A stretch of DNA of 64,000 nucleotides from positions 763 to 64,762 of the forward strand of contig MIYU01000019.1 in NCBI GenBank assembly GCA_001875425.1, written 5' to 3'. Source of the stretch: Marine Group III euryarchaeote CG-Bathy1. Lineage in GTDB: Archaea; Thermoplasmatota; Poseidoniia; MGIII; CG-Epi1. The position numbers and the translations under genes are program-made. Below are positions 19,666-29,454 of the stretch, piece after piece. The notes under the pieces are model-generated. The model worked only from the letters and a program-made list of their open reading frames with translations. It searched no databases and had not been told where the DNA came from. The stretch's first letter is position 1; each line of letters starts with the position of its first letter.

Positions 19666-19667
19666 CA

Positions 19668-21263
19668 CTAAAAGAGATCTTTCAAAGACGAGATAGACAT
19701 TCTCTTCTGTTCTGTACTATCTCTCTCTCTAACAGTAACGGTATCATCTTCTAAACTTTCATAATCTATTGTTATGGAATGAAAAATCCCAATCTCATCC
19801 GCTCGAGCATATCTTCGCCCAATTGAACCAGATTCATCATAAAACACATCGATACCATTTTCTAAAAGCATATTACAAACATCCTTAGCCTTTTCAGCCA
19901 AACCATCCTTTGTCATGAGTGGGGCGATAAGGACATCGTAGGGTGAAACAACCCTAGGTAGGGAAAGCCATTGTCGTTCCCCATCCTCTTTCCAGGTTGT
20001 TTCAAGAATGGAATAAAATAAACGATCTAAACCGAACGACGGCTCTACAACACAAGGATACACCATTTCCGATTCTTGGTTGGTTTCCTTCTTGAAAAAT
20101 TCTTCACCTAATGAAATCTCTTCACCATCTAATAACACCTTCATTCCCGGAGCTAATTCCATCTCTGAAACACTTTTTTGAATTTCACCAGCCTTGGATT
20201 GAAATGCTTTACCCAGCGCTCCAACATTCAATCCCCATCTCTCTACAGTTTTACTAGTGCCCGGTATCGGAACACGGAATTCATTTCCAGAACTAGTTCC
20301 ATGCGATCGTAAATCATAATCTCCTCTATGTGCAACCCCTACAACCTCTATCCATCCTATTGATGTTTTAATTTCCCCATCCCAACAATCTTGAGAGTAG
20401 TGAGCCATCTCGTCTTTACGATGCTGCCTCCATCGCAATGATTCTTTAGGAATCCCTACGGACTGTAAAAACGCTTGAGCAGCTGCCAGGTGTGTACCTA
20501 CTAATGCCGAACCAATAACGCCCTTCTTCACTGCACTTTCAATATCAATTTCTAAAACCTCTCCTTCATTTGGTACGAGAACTAAAGATATCTTTCCTAG
20601 GTGTGTAGGAACTGAAGGCTCATCTTTAGGTAGGAAAAAATGCTCAACCTCCATTTGAGTGAATTCTCTCATCCGCAGTAATCCTTGTCTAGGTGATATT
20701 TCATTCCGATAAGATCTACCTATCTGACTCACAGCCAAAGGCATCTTGTTTCGATTAAGTCGATACAACCAAGGAAAACATTGAAAAATACTTTGAGCAG
20801 TTTCTGGTCGTAGATATCCCTTAGTGCCTCTTCCTGCACCAACTTGTGTAGCGAACATCAAATTGAAAGCACTCAATTCAGAAAGCTCACCTTCACAAGA
20901 GGGGCAAAGCGTCGATTTCAGAACCTCAGCTAACTCTTCACGAGCCATTCCACTCCCCCCTTCTACCAATTGATCTGCCCGATAATTTTTACTACATTCT
21001 TTACATTCAACTAAAGGATCATCAAACTCAGAAAGATGTCCTGACGCTTTGAATAAATCTTCAGGTCCAACCAACGCCCCATCTAATTCTAAACAACCCA
21101 ATCCCAATACATAGTGGCGTTTCCACACACGTAAGATCCTCTCTCTAAATTTCACACCTACTGGTCCATAATCGAAAAAACCAGCTAATCCACCATACGG
21201 CTCACTCGCTGGTTGAAAAAAGCCCCTTCTTTTCGCCAAACTACTTACTTTTTGATAATCCAT
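19668..21263 (-). CDS. glyS: Glycine-tRNA ligase (alpha2 type)
   Basis: YLRPETAQ, RNEISPRQGLLRMREF, EPSFGLDR, SIGRRYARADEIG. Confidence 0.97.
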   Translation of the reverse strand: MDYQKVSSLAKRRGFFQPASEPYGGLAGFFDYGPVGVKFRERILRVWKRHYVLGLGCLELDGALVGPEDLFKASGHLSEFDDPLVECKECSKNYRADQLVEGGSGMAREELAEVLKSTLCPSCEGELSELSAFNLMFATQVGAGRGTKGYLRPETAQSIFQCFPWLYRLNRNKMPLAVSQIGRSYRNEISPRQGLLRMREFTQMEVEHFFLPKDEPSVPTHLGKISLVLVPNEGEVLEIDIESAVKKGVIGSALVGTHLAAAQAFLQSVGIPKESLRWRQHRKDEMAHYSQDCWDGEIKTSIGWIEVVGVAHRGDYDLRSHGTSSGNEFRVPIPGTSKTVERWGLNVGALGKAFQSKAGEIQKSVSEMELAPGMKVLLDGEEISLGEEFFKKETNQESEMVYPCVVEPSFGLDRLFYSILETTWKEDGERQWLSLPRVVSPYDVLIAPLMTKDGLAEKAKDVCNMLLENGIDVFYDESGSIGRRYARADEIGIFHSITIDYESLEDDTVTVRERDSTEQKRMSISSLKDLF

Positions 21264-22244
21264 TTACCAAATCACCTCTAGGATTTCACTTTTGGAATCT
21301 AACACCGCCATTTCAGGGTTTTCCCCCCTTTCTTCCATTATTACATATCCTTTATTTTCTATCTTTATCTTTGAAAACTTATCAATTGTTTTATCCAGTC
21401 CAAAACATGCCAATTTAATCAAGTCAAGAGGAGCTATTGATGAAAATTCTTGAGCAATAAATCGCAATTCATCAATTATATTCAAAGAACAGAACATTCC
21501 ATTATCTGTACCTATTCCAACATCTATCTCTAATTCTAGCATACGCTCTAAAGGGGCACGCAACCCAAATCGAGAATTGGATCTAGGACATACAACAACC
21601 CCAACACCTTCACTTTTTATTTTTATCAAATCATCATCATCAGCTTCACATAAATGCACTAAAAAATCAGGGTCCAATTTTAACACAGGAGAAAGCTCCT
21701 CCCTCTTTTTCTCAGAATGATGTAGTGCCACAATTCCATTTTCATTCTTCGCTTTCGAAGCCACAGCTTCTACAATCCCCTCTCCAACATCAACATAACT
21801 ACTCAAACCGATATTTTCACTAGGTGCATTTTCTCCTTCATGCCCCGGTCTTCCAAGTCCTACGATTTGAATTGGAGTGTCTATTTCATTCAATAAAGAG
21901 AGCCCCTCAATACCACCTTCACGAAAATCAATAATCAACCCTGTTCCAAATTTCTCAGCTTCTCTTATTCCACTTTCCAAGGATAGACTTCCTTTTTGAT
22001 TGGATAGCCATTTTTGCTTCCAACCATCAACACCCACCAATTCTTCCAATGATAAATCATCAGGAACTTCATCTCTCGCATCTGTATCTCCTAAATGCGT
22101 ATGACAATTACGAAAGGCCGGGAATATCACTCCACGTTTGGCCGGTTCAGTGGGCCGACCAAGACCTATTTCCTTTGTTAATGGATTCAACCAACCTTCT
22201 ACAAAACCTTCTCGGGTAAAAACCCAACCACCCCACACCTTCAC
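21264..22244 (-). CDS. Amidohydrolase family protein (deaminase-like)
   Basis: NCHTHLGD, HHSE, VH, CPRSN, GTDN. Confidence 0.87.
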   Translation of the reverse strand: MKVWGGWVFTREGFVEGWLNPLTKEIGLGRPTEPAKRGVIFPAFRNCHTHLGDTDARDEVPDDLSLEELVGVDGWKQKWLSNQKGSLSLESGIREAEKFGTGLIIDFREGGIEGLSLLNEIDTPIQIVGLGRPGHEGENAPSENIGLSSYVDVGEGIVEAVASKAKNENGIVALHHSEKKREELSPVLKLDPDFLVHLCEADDDDLIKIKSEGVGVVVCPRSNSRFGLRAPLERMLELEIDVGIGTDNGMFCSLNIIDELRFIAQEFSSIAPLDLIKLACFGLDKTIDKFSKIKIENKGYVIMEERGENPEMAVLDSKSEILEVIW

Positions 22245-23086
22245 TTCAATGCCTCTGCTATAACAGAAGAAACCGAGTATCGGGTATGTACACTTTCTAT
22301 ACTATCTGAGCACATCAATTCATCACATATCCGTAGACGATTAGCAGCATCTTCTATGAATAGGCCGTGTGTACAAACAGCAGAAACCGACGCAGCCCCT
22401 CCTTCTTTTAACATTTTAGCAGAAGTAGCAATAGTTCCACCAGTAGAGATTATGTCATCCAAAATCACCACATTCATTCCCTTTGGATTTAGATCTCCCA
22501 TAGTAATCTCAACATTTCTATCATCAATTCTATTTTTAGACATAACATGACAATCAACATTCAATATTTCGGCAGCCTCCTCACATCGCTTCCGAGCTCC
22601 TTCATCTGGTGCAACAATAAGATCAACTCCGTTTTTCTGTAAATATTCTGCCGCAGCACGCGTGCCAGAAATATCCTGACTGGGAACTCCAAAGAAATCC
22701 AAGACCTTCGGTGCATGGATGCTAATCGTGTATACTGAATCACACATCGAACCGATAGCAGCACCAATTGCTCGGGATGAAATCGCCTCACCATCTCTAA
22801 ATGTTCTTTCTTGTCTAGAGTATCCCATATACGGTATCACAGCTCGTATCTCTTTCGCCCCTGCTTCACGCGCAGCATCTAAAAGAAGAAGCATCTCAAC
22901 AACATTATCATCTGGAAATGTATTCTGAACAACAATAACTCGAGAACCCTTTACATTCTCTAAAAGCCTAACATAACGTTCACCATCTGCAAAACGCCGA
23001 TTAATCACGCCACATACTTCAGCACCGAGCTCTTTGGCCAAAGACCGCCCCAATTTTCCATGTCCCGAACCAGCTACAACGAACAT
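22241..23086 (-). CDS. prs: Ribose-phosphate pyrophosphokinase
   Basis: FADGE, PYMGYSRQ, APDEG, DDIISTGGT. Confidence 0.96.
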   Translation of the reverse strand: MFVVAGSGHGKLGRSLAKELGAEVCGVINRRFADGERYVRLLENVKGSRVIVVQNTFPDDNVVEMLLLLDAAREAGAKEIRAVIPYMGYSRQERTFRDGEAISSRAIGAAIGSMCDSVYTISIHAPKVLDFFGVPSQDISGTRAAAEYLQKNGVDLIVAPDEGARKRCEEAAEILNVDCHVMSKNRIDDRNVEITMGDLNPKGMNVVILDDIISTGGTIATSAKMLKEGGAASVSAVCTHGLFIEDAANRLRICDELMCSDSIESVHTRYSVSSVIAEALK

Positions 23087-23161
23087 TACGTGTAAATCGC
23101 CCCCCCATAAAACAACTTTCTCTAGGCGAAGGCCGTTTATATCTCAAATTAATACCACATT

Positions 23162-23542
23162 ATGAAAGAAATCATCACTTCATCTAATGCACCACCACCA
23201 GTAGGCCCATATTCACAAGGAGTCGCACTGGGTGGTTTTATTTTTTTAAGCGGACAAGTCGGTCGAAAAACAGATACTACTGAATTAGAGATAGGCGTAA
23301 CCGCTCAAACCCGTCAGGCGATTCTCAATATGCAAGCAGTATTGGCTGAAAAAAATCTAACTTTAGCTAATGTAGTGAAAACATCAGTCTTCTTAGCGGA
23401 CATGAATGATTTTGCAGAAATGAACGCAGTCTATGCAGAATTCTTCGATGAGGACACCGCTCCAGCTAGATCAACAATCGAAGTCGCTAGATTGCCACTG
23501 GATGCATCGATGGAAATCGATGCAATAGCATCTCTCGATTAG
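23162..23542 (+). CDS. ridA: RidA/YjgF imine deaminase
   Basis: GPYSQ, SGQ, PARS, LP..EID. Confidence 0.93.
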   Translation: MKEIITSSNAPPPVGPYSQGVALGGFIFLSGQVGRKTDTTELEIGVTAQTRQAILNMQAVLAEKNLTLANVVKTSVFLADMNDFAEMNAVYAEFFDEDTAPARSTIEVARLPLDASMEIDAIASLD

Positions 23543-24213
23543 GAAGATTCCTTCTCTATACTACTCTTCATTAGACCGACAAATAAACAGTAGAGCATAC
23601 CTCCATTGAGGGTATGCCATACAAAATGAGTCCCTAGTGAAAAAGAATCACAAATATTTTCATCAATCGAACGGAAGAAGATGGAGATTGCAAAAAGCGG
23701 CGCCGCAGCCAAAACAAAATACGCACGTTCACCTTCACGATAGTATGCATATCCCCCTAACAATGCAATGAAGAACATACTTGAAAAATAACCAGAAGAA
23801 CCATTAGCATAATCTGCAGGAAATGGAATCGCTAATATGATTGTTACAACAACGAACGCTGCCCAACTTACAGGCACAATCCACCACCGAGGCATAATCA
23901 TATGCCAACAAAACACCCCCATGTATACGAATTGAAAAATAGTAATCGGCCCACTATCTGTCAGTAGTGCCCATCTAGTTGCAAAAGTATGGAAGAGAAA
24001 ACTACCAACACCTATTGTACATATCAATCCCAACAATAAAACAAATTCCCAATGTTTCCTTCCACCCTTTTCTCGATAATTCTGATAATAGTACCACCCA
24101 GCTACGAATGCTATGATGAAGGCTAGATTAGTAACGGCATTCAATGGCTCAGATAAGAACGTAGCATCGGTACGTTCACAATAATTGTCAAGGGGTTCGG
24201 ACCAATCTGCCAT
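23539..24213 (-). CDS. Ceramidase-like (CREST superfamily) membrane hydrolase
   Basis: YCER, EPLNAVTN, GSFLFHT, GTHFVWH. Confidence 0.82.
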   Translation of the reverse strand: MADWSEPLDNYCERTDATFLSEPLNAVTNLAFIIAFVAGWYYYQNYREKGGRKHWEFVLLLGLICTIGVGSFLFHTFATRWALLTDSGPITIFQFVYMGVFCWHMIMPRWWIVPVSWAAFVVVTIILAIPFPADYANGSSGYFSSMFFIALLGGYAYYREGERAYFVLAAAPLFAISIFFRSIDENICDSFSLGTHFVWHTLNGGMLYCLFVGLMKSSIEKESS

Positions 24214-24224
24214 ATTATTCCTAA

Positions 24225-24312
24225 TGGCGCGGGGAGGGGGATTTGAACCCCCGTGGGATTACTCCCATTGGATTAGCAATCCAACGCAATGGCCAGACTA
24301 TGCGACCCCCGC
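24225..24312 (-). tRNA. tRNA-Ser(GCT)
   Basis: Anticodon arm TTGGA-TTGCTAA-TCCAA, long variable arm GGGAGTAATCCC, GTTCAAATC, encoded CCA. Confidence 0.96.
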
Positions 24313-24362
24313 ACATCTGCCTTGAGAATGCCTTTGTATAAGGCGCTTTTGTTAACCCTATT

Positions 24363-24923
24363 ATGAAGATACACCTAATCACTTCCAATAAGGGGAAGGT
24401 TGAGGAACTGTCTGCAATGTTAACACCATTAGGTCACGAGACGGAACAAACAGATCTTCAATGCCCAGAACTTCAAGCCAATAATTTAGAGGAAGTCATC
24501 GTTCACGGCTTAGAATGGTTGAAAGATGTTGTAAATGGTGAAAACGTATTGATAGATGATGCAGGCGTTTTCATAGAGGCGTTGGGAGGATTTCCAGGTG
24601 TATATTCTAGATACGCTTACGACACAATTGGTTTGAGTGGTATTCTAAAACTCATGGAAGGTATAGAAAATAGACGCGCATCATTCAAATGTGTTTTAGG
24701 ATTCTTACAGAGCAACGGAACACAGTATGTGTTGGCAGGTGAAACCCACGGAACTCTAACTCACAAGGAAAAGGGAGAAGAAGGATTCGGCTATGATCCA
24801 ATATTTATTCCCGATGGCGAAGAGAAAACATTCGCTGAGTTGGATATGAATAGAAAAAATCAACTAAGTCATAGAGGTAAAGCACTAAACAAACTACTAG
24901 ATATTTTATCGTCAATAGAATGA
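24363..24923 (+). CDS. rdgB: Non-canonical purine NTP pyrophosphatase (RdgB/HAM1)
   Basis: TSNKGK, FPGVYS, GFGYDPIF, KNQLSHR. Confidence 0.95.
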   Translation: MKIHLITSNKGKVEELSAMLTPLGHETEQTDLQCPELQANNLEEVIVHGLEWLKDVVNGENVLIDDAGVFIEALGGFPGVYSRYAYDTIGLSGILKLMEGIENRRASFKCVLGFLQSNGTQYVLAGETHGTLTHKEKGEEGFGYDPIFIPDGEEKTFAELDMNRKNQLSHRGKALNKLLDILSSIE

Positions 24924-24925
24924 AA

Positions 24926-26842
24926 TTAAGATAACTCTTTCTTCACTCTTTCTATAATATCTTCCGAACTAAGTCCTTGATATCCAATCTGTTCTTTTTG
25001 TCCCCCTATTCCTGGTTTAGATGTTCCCATATGACTGTATTTTGGCATCAATCCTCTTTCAAGAAGCCAAGTTCCATATCTAATTCCCAACCCTGTTTTT
25101 GAATTCAAACTTTCAACAACCATTACAAAATTACTATTACCAACTTTACTAATCATCTCTTCATCAATCACATTCAAAGTAGGTTTGTTAATCAAACCAA
25201 TTGATATCCCTTCTTTTTTCAATGTTTCAACAGCATGAAGGCTTCTGTACAACATATCTCCAAATGTTACAATCCAACCATCTTCCCCTTCTCTGATAAT
25301 TTCATCCTTACCAACTTCAAATTGATATCCCTTACCAAACATCTCCTCCCCCTTCTCATTTAATATCTTAGGTACTTTAGATCTCGTAGAAAAAATAAAT
25401 CTCAAACCAGGATCATTAAACACACTTTTCACAATAGCATCCATTTGAGTTATGTCTCCAGGAAAGTAAAGACGAGTGTGCTCATCTTCCTCAACAAAAT
25501 TATCTGCAAAGAAATTATTAAGACCAAAATGACAAGTATTATCTGACATGTCGTCTACACCTGCATGTGAGAAATGAGAAAGAACATTCGCTCGGTTTAA
25601 TCGAGACATTGTAATTTCTGAGATGACCATTTCCATAAACGCTGAAAAGGTTGCAAAAATACCCTGTTTCCCTTCTTCTGAACCAAAACCAGCAGCAGCC
25701 AAGAAATTATTTCTTTCTTGAACTCCACCAGATGTAAAACAATCGGGATGCTTCTCACGAACAAAATTCAATCCAACAGAACCTTCAAGGTCAGAATCGA
25801 ATGCATGTACGTTTTTTCGTTGCTTAGGTTTTAGAGAATCTAATATGGATACAACACTCTTTCCAAATTGAACTCTACATGCTCCAAATTCATCGCTACT
25901 ACCTAAGAATCCATTCTTCTTTTCATTCGTAGTTTTAGCAACCAATTCATCTAATAATTCTATAGCTTTTGTATGCCCTCTTAAATTAAGATACTCTTTT
26001 GCAGTATCTATAGGTATAACATCATGAAGTTTTGTTGTACCTTCTAATTGAGGTATATCTCTCCCCATCACTCTTTTACATATCACAGCTACAGGGCCAT
26101 CAATCTCCACAGCTTCAACAAGTGTTTTGTAAAGTTTTACAGTATTTTCCCCTCTACAAACAAGTACTTTGAATCCTTGCCCTTCTAATGTCTTTGATAA
26201 TTCAAAGCCTTCCATATATGATTCAGGATGTCCGGAAATTGTAACATTGTTATCATCAATAATCCATTTTACATTTAGATTATGTGCAACAGCAAAGCGC
26301 GCTGCTTCTGCATCATTCCCTTCCATTTGAGATCCATCAGAACCAAACATAACTACAGCTTTTTTCGGATTGGCCATAGCAACACCATTCACATGTCCTG
26401 CTGCATGTCCTAACCTTCCAGTGGAAAAATCTACACAATCAAGTAAATCACATTCAGGATGCCCTGCAAGACCGGATGCATGTTCTCGATATTGAAGTAA
26501 TTTCTCAATAGATAATTTTCCATTCAAAGCCGCTCTCGCATATTGAAGGGCGGATCGATGTCCTGCTTCATCAAAGAATCCATCATGTATTGAAGCACCA
26601 CCATCTCTAAGAGCATCGATAATCAAAACTTCTGGCACGATATCATAAGGCCCTCCTGTGTGTCCACCCAACCCCTTCGCACGAGCTACTGCAGTAAGGG
26701 TGATGACCACATCTCTCATTATCTGTATATTTTCCTGTAAAACAGCAAGAGATTCATAGGGTATTTCAGATTCTAAACCCAACTCTAGAGGTCGAAAATT
26801 ACCGACATCGATAGGGAATCCCATGTATGATTCCATACACAC
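24926..26842 (-). CDS. tkt: Single-chain transketolase-family enzyme
   Basis: GGHTGG, GHPE, STGRLGH, SDGSQMEG...DDN ThDP motif, DSDLEGS, GGVQE. Confidence 0.85.
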   Translation of the reverse strand: MCMESYMGFPIDVGNFRPLELGLESEIPYESLAVLQENIQIMRDVVITLTAVARAKGLGGHTGGPYDIVPEVLIIDALRDGGASIHDGFFDEAGHRSALQYARAALNGKLSIEKLLQYREHASGLAGHPECDLLDCVDFSTGRLGHAAGHVNGVAMANPKKAVVMFGSDGSQMEGNDAEAARFAVAHNLNVKWIIDDNNVTISGHPESYMEGFELSKTLEGQGFKVLVCRGENTVKLYKTLVEAVEIDGPVAVICKRVMGRDIPQLEGTTKLHDVIPIDTAKEYLNLRGHTKAIELLDELVAKTTNEKKNGFLGSSDEFGACRVQFGKSVVSILDSLKPKQRKNVHAFDSDLEGSVGLNFVREKHPDCFTSGGVQERNNFLAAAGFGSEEGKQGIFATFSAFMEMVISEITMSRLNRANVLSHFSHAGVDDMSDNTCHFGLNNFFADNFVEEDEHTRLYFPGDITQMDAIVKSVFNDPGLRFIFSTRSKVPKILNEKGEEMFGKGYQFEVGKDEIIREGEDGWIVTFGDMLYRSLHAVETLKKEGISIGLINKPTLNVIDEEMISKVGNSNFVMVVESLNSKTGLGIRYGTWLLERGLMPKYSHMGTSKPGIGGQKEQIGYQGLSSEDIIERVKKELS

Positions 26843-26869
26843 ACCCCTCTTAAAAGGTACTGATAAAAA

Positions 26870-27157
26870 CTATTTTTTTAGAGACATTATATCAGATGCA
26901 CCTGCATCTAATATAGCAACACTCGAAACACTAAAAGGTTTACCACATGCTGAACCTAACGTAGAGTTATTCCCATCATATTGATGAAGTGGGGTTTTCT
27001 TTTCTTCAGATAACTCATCAACAAATTCTTTAGGACAATTGTTAGCATATATCATTAATTTCACATCGCCTTTTTTCAAAGCTCTACGGCAACTTCGCTC
27101 ACCAATAGCAACTACACCAGTAGCAATTACACTTTTCAACGATCGACCAACATCCAT
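26870..27157 (-). CDS. rpl30e: 50S ribosomal protein L30e
   Basis: ANNCP, LGSACGKPF, DAGASDI. Confidence 0.95.
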   Translation of the reverse strand: MDVGRSLKSVIATGVVAIGERSCRRALKKGDVKLMIYANNCPKEFVDELSEEKKTPLHQYDGNNSTLGSACGKPFSVSSVAILDAGASDIMSLKK

Positions 27158-29454
27158 TATTTCTTTCCACCGCCCTTTGATGTATTATATGTAACACTAA
27201 TCGCACCAGTTCCAAGAGATATAGGCTGTCCTACTATAATATTCTCAGCTACACCGCCTAATTCATCACATTCACCAGTTAGACCTGCACCGAGTAAATG
27301 AGCAGATGTAATTTCGAAAGCAGCCCTAGCTAAAACAGAAGTCTTTCTTCCAGAAATACCATGTCTTCCTATTGCCCTCACCATACCTTCCATTGTCATT
27401 ACTTCAGATACTAACATTAAATGTCTTACATCAACTTGAAGTCCTTGTCCATCTAAGGTCTCAAACAATTCATGAATTATCGAATTTCTAGCAGCCTCTA
27501 TACCCAGTACCTCTGCTATTTCATGAATAGAATTGGTGGTAGTTCTAGCACCATCAACCTCTTCAAATTCCAGAATTCTTTTTAGATTCGAACCTTCTGT
27601 GAATAATCTAAATTCTTTTCCTTCTTTCTTTACAATTGCACGAGTTATTTCAGGTATACCCACTACTTTCAAATTTCGTACTTTATCTTCTAATATGTAT
27701 AATTTTTTGAAAGATACCTCTTCTTCTTGAAGAATAATACTATCTTTTTCATATTCCATTTTACATTTCAATCTACCATTCTTTTTCATTCTGGCAGCTA
27801 TTACATCGATACCAAGATCAAACTCCCTCATTAACTTCTTTTTCGGTTTAACAATTATTCTAAGATTGGTTATGTCTGTATGTATGTCTGCAATTTGCGC
27901 TACAGATTTAGATTCAATTTTTCCAGCTAATTTAAAAGCAACATCTTTTTTCGTCGCATATTTTGGAGATAAGAACACTTCCATAATCGGTGTTTTTGGT
28001 AATCTTCGTGCATCTACAATCTCAATTAATCTAGGCAATCCTAATGTAACGTTCATTTCAGCAACACCAGCATAGTGGAAGGTACGCATCGTCATCTGAG
28101 TTCCAGGTTCTCCTATTGATTGGGCAGCTAGCACACCAACAGCTTCTGTTGGATCAATACTGGTCAATTCAGATTGTCTAATACATCCCATTACAATTTC
28201 ACTCAATGCCTTTCCTTTGACCTTTCTTTCAATCGCCATTTCAGATATACGCCGAATCGTACTTTGATTCATTTCCATTCCAATCTCATTCAAACATTGT
28301 TGAACCTCCTCTTCTTTCTTTACTAATTCTTTATAACTTGAAACCATACCAAGAATTTCTTTTTTCACAAGTCGTTGCTTTTCACTATTTCTTACAATTT
28401 CATCAATATAATGTTCAGGTAAACCTTTCGACTCTCTTCGAGCACTCTTTTTGTAAGAACTTGTTTTCTTTTCACCATGAACTTCAGCAGCTATAGATAC
28501 ATCTATCACCGGCTCCTTCTTTTTATCCTTCTTTCCACTAGAATATTTCACCGCATTATTTCTAAATTTCTCTAATCTTGAGGCAGGAACTCCACATTCA
28601 CGTAATAATGCATCTGAAACATCAGCAACATGAGAAGGAAGAAACACTCCTCGTTTGTAAAGATTAATAGCAGCTTTTTCAGACACTCCCAATGAAATAA
28701 ACATCTTCGTCGCAGCTTCTCTTTCTTCTGCAAATCTAATTCTTTCCCTTTCTAAATCTAAATGATCTTCAATTTGAGTGTAATTTCTAGCAGAACGGAC
28801 ACTTGTACCATCCATCTTGTGATATTCTTCTAGATGCATCATTCTAGGCAATTCAATTACTTCTGAAATTCGAAGGAAAGATACGTAAGGTTCCTCCTCT
28901 CTATCTGGCATAACTAAATTAACTTCATCAGGTATCTCAGGCCTATCAAAACTCAAAACCTCTGATATTACTGATTGATAGCAAATCCCTCTATTTTTCA
29001 AATAAATATATCCATTGAAAGGATAACGAAACTGTTTTGCATTAATTGGAAAAGCAACACCAACTAACATCTCACCCTTACTAGCAACACGTTCAACCAT
29101 CCCTTCAATAGTATAACCTTCAGGAAGGGACCAAATAATCCCTAATTTTCTTTCAACTCTTCTTAAAACAACATCCGCAGAGATAGGACCAGTCTGTGTT
29201 TTTTCTTCTTCACGAGCTCCTTCTAAAACAACTTCTCTCTCAATCCTTTTATTTCCAATTTTATCTAAAATATATAGAATATCTCTATTACTAAATCTAC
29301 TCAATAATTGTCTCAGGGTCATTTTCTTTAAATCATCAATTCTTAGACCTCTTTTCGTTTCTCCTCTACCTACTGTAGCATCTGCTATTTTTTCAGCTAA
29401 TTCTCTAGGAATGCCACGTCTTTGAAGAGCTCTTACTGTGTCAAATTTTGCCAT
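27157..29454 (-). CDS. rpoA2: RNA polymerase subunit A'' (Rpo1C) with large N-terminal extension
   Basis: [44 protein letters not shown] in the C-terminal half. Confidence 0.96.
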   Translation of the reverse strand: MAKFDTVRALQRRGIPRELAEKIADATVGRGETKRGLRIDDLKKMTLRQLLSRFSNRDILYILDKIGNKRIEREVVLEGAREEEKTQTGPISADVVLRRVERKLGIIWSLPEGYTIEGMVERVASKGEMLVGVAFPINAKQFRYPFNGYIYLKNRGICYQSVISEVLSFDRPEIPDEVNLVMPDREEEPYVSFLRISEVIELPRMMHLEEYHKMDGTSVRSARNYTQIEDHLDLERERIRFAEEREAATKMFISLGVSEKAAINLYKRGVFLPSHVADVSDALLRECGVPASRLEKFRNNAVKYSSGKKDKKKEPVIDVSIAAEVHGEKKTSSYKKSARRESKGLPEHYIDEIVRNSEKQRLVKKEILGMVSSYKELVKKEEEVQQCLNEIGMEMNQSTIRRISEMAIERKVKGKALSEIVMGCIRQSELTSIDPTEAVGVLAAQSIGEPGTQMTMRTFHYAGVAEMNVTLGLPRLIEIVDARRLPKTPIMEVFLSPKYATKKDVAFKLAGKIESKSVAQIADIHTDITNLRIIVKPKKKLMREFDLGIDVIAARMKKNGRLKCKMEYEKDSIILQEEEVSFKKLYILEDKVRNLKVVGIPEITRAIVKKEGKEFRLFTEGSNLKRILEFEEVDGARTTTNSIHEIAEVLGIEAARNSIIHELFETLDGQGLQVDVRHLMLVSEVMTMEGMVRAIGRHGISGRKTSVLARAAFEITSAHLLGAGLTGECDELGGVAENIIVGQPISLGTGAISVTYNTSKGGGKK

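Larger units (their letters stand above)
19537..19667. other. Candidate replication origin (oriC)
   Basis: Intergenic gap between convergent genes; inverted ORB-like boxes flank an AT-rich tract; G/T versus C/A strand bias flips here. Confidence 0.65.

Noticed and set aside
28300-29454. Intein in RpoA''
   Set aside because: The extra sequence is N-terminal rather than internal, with no splice-junction (C/S...HN) or LAGLIDADG motifs
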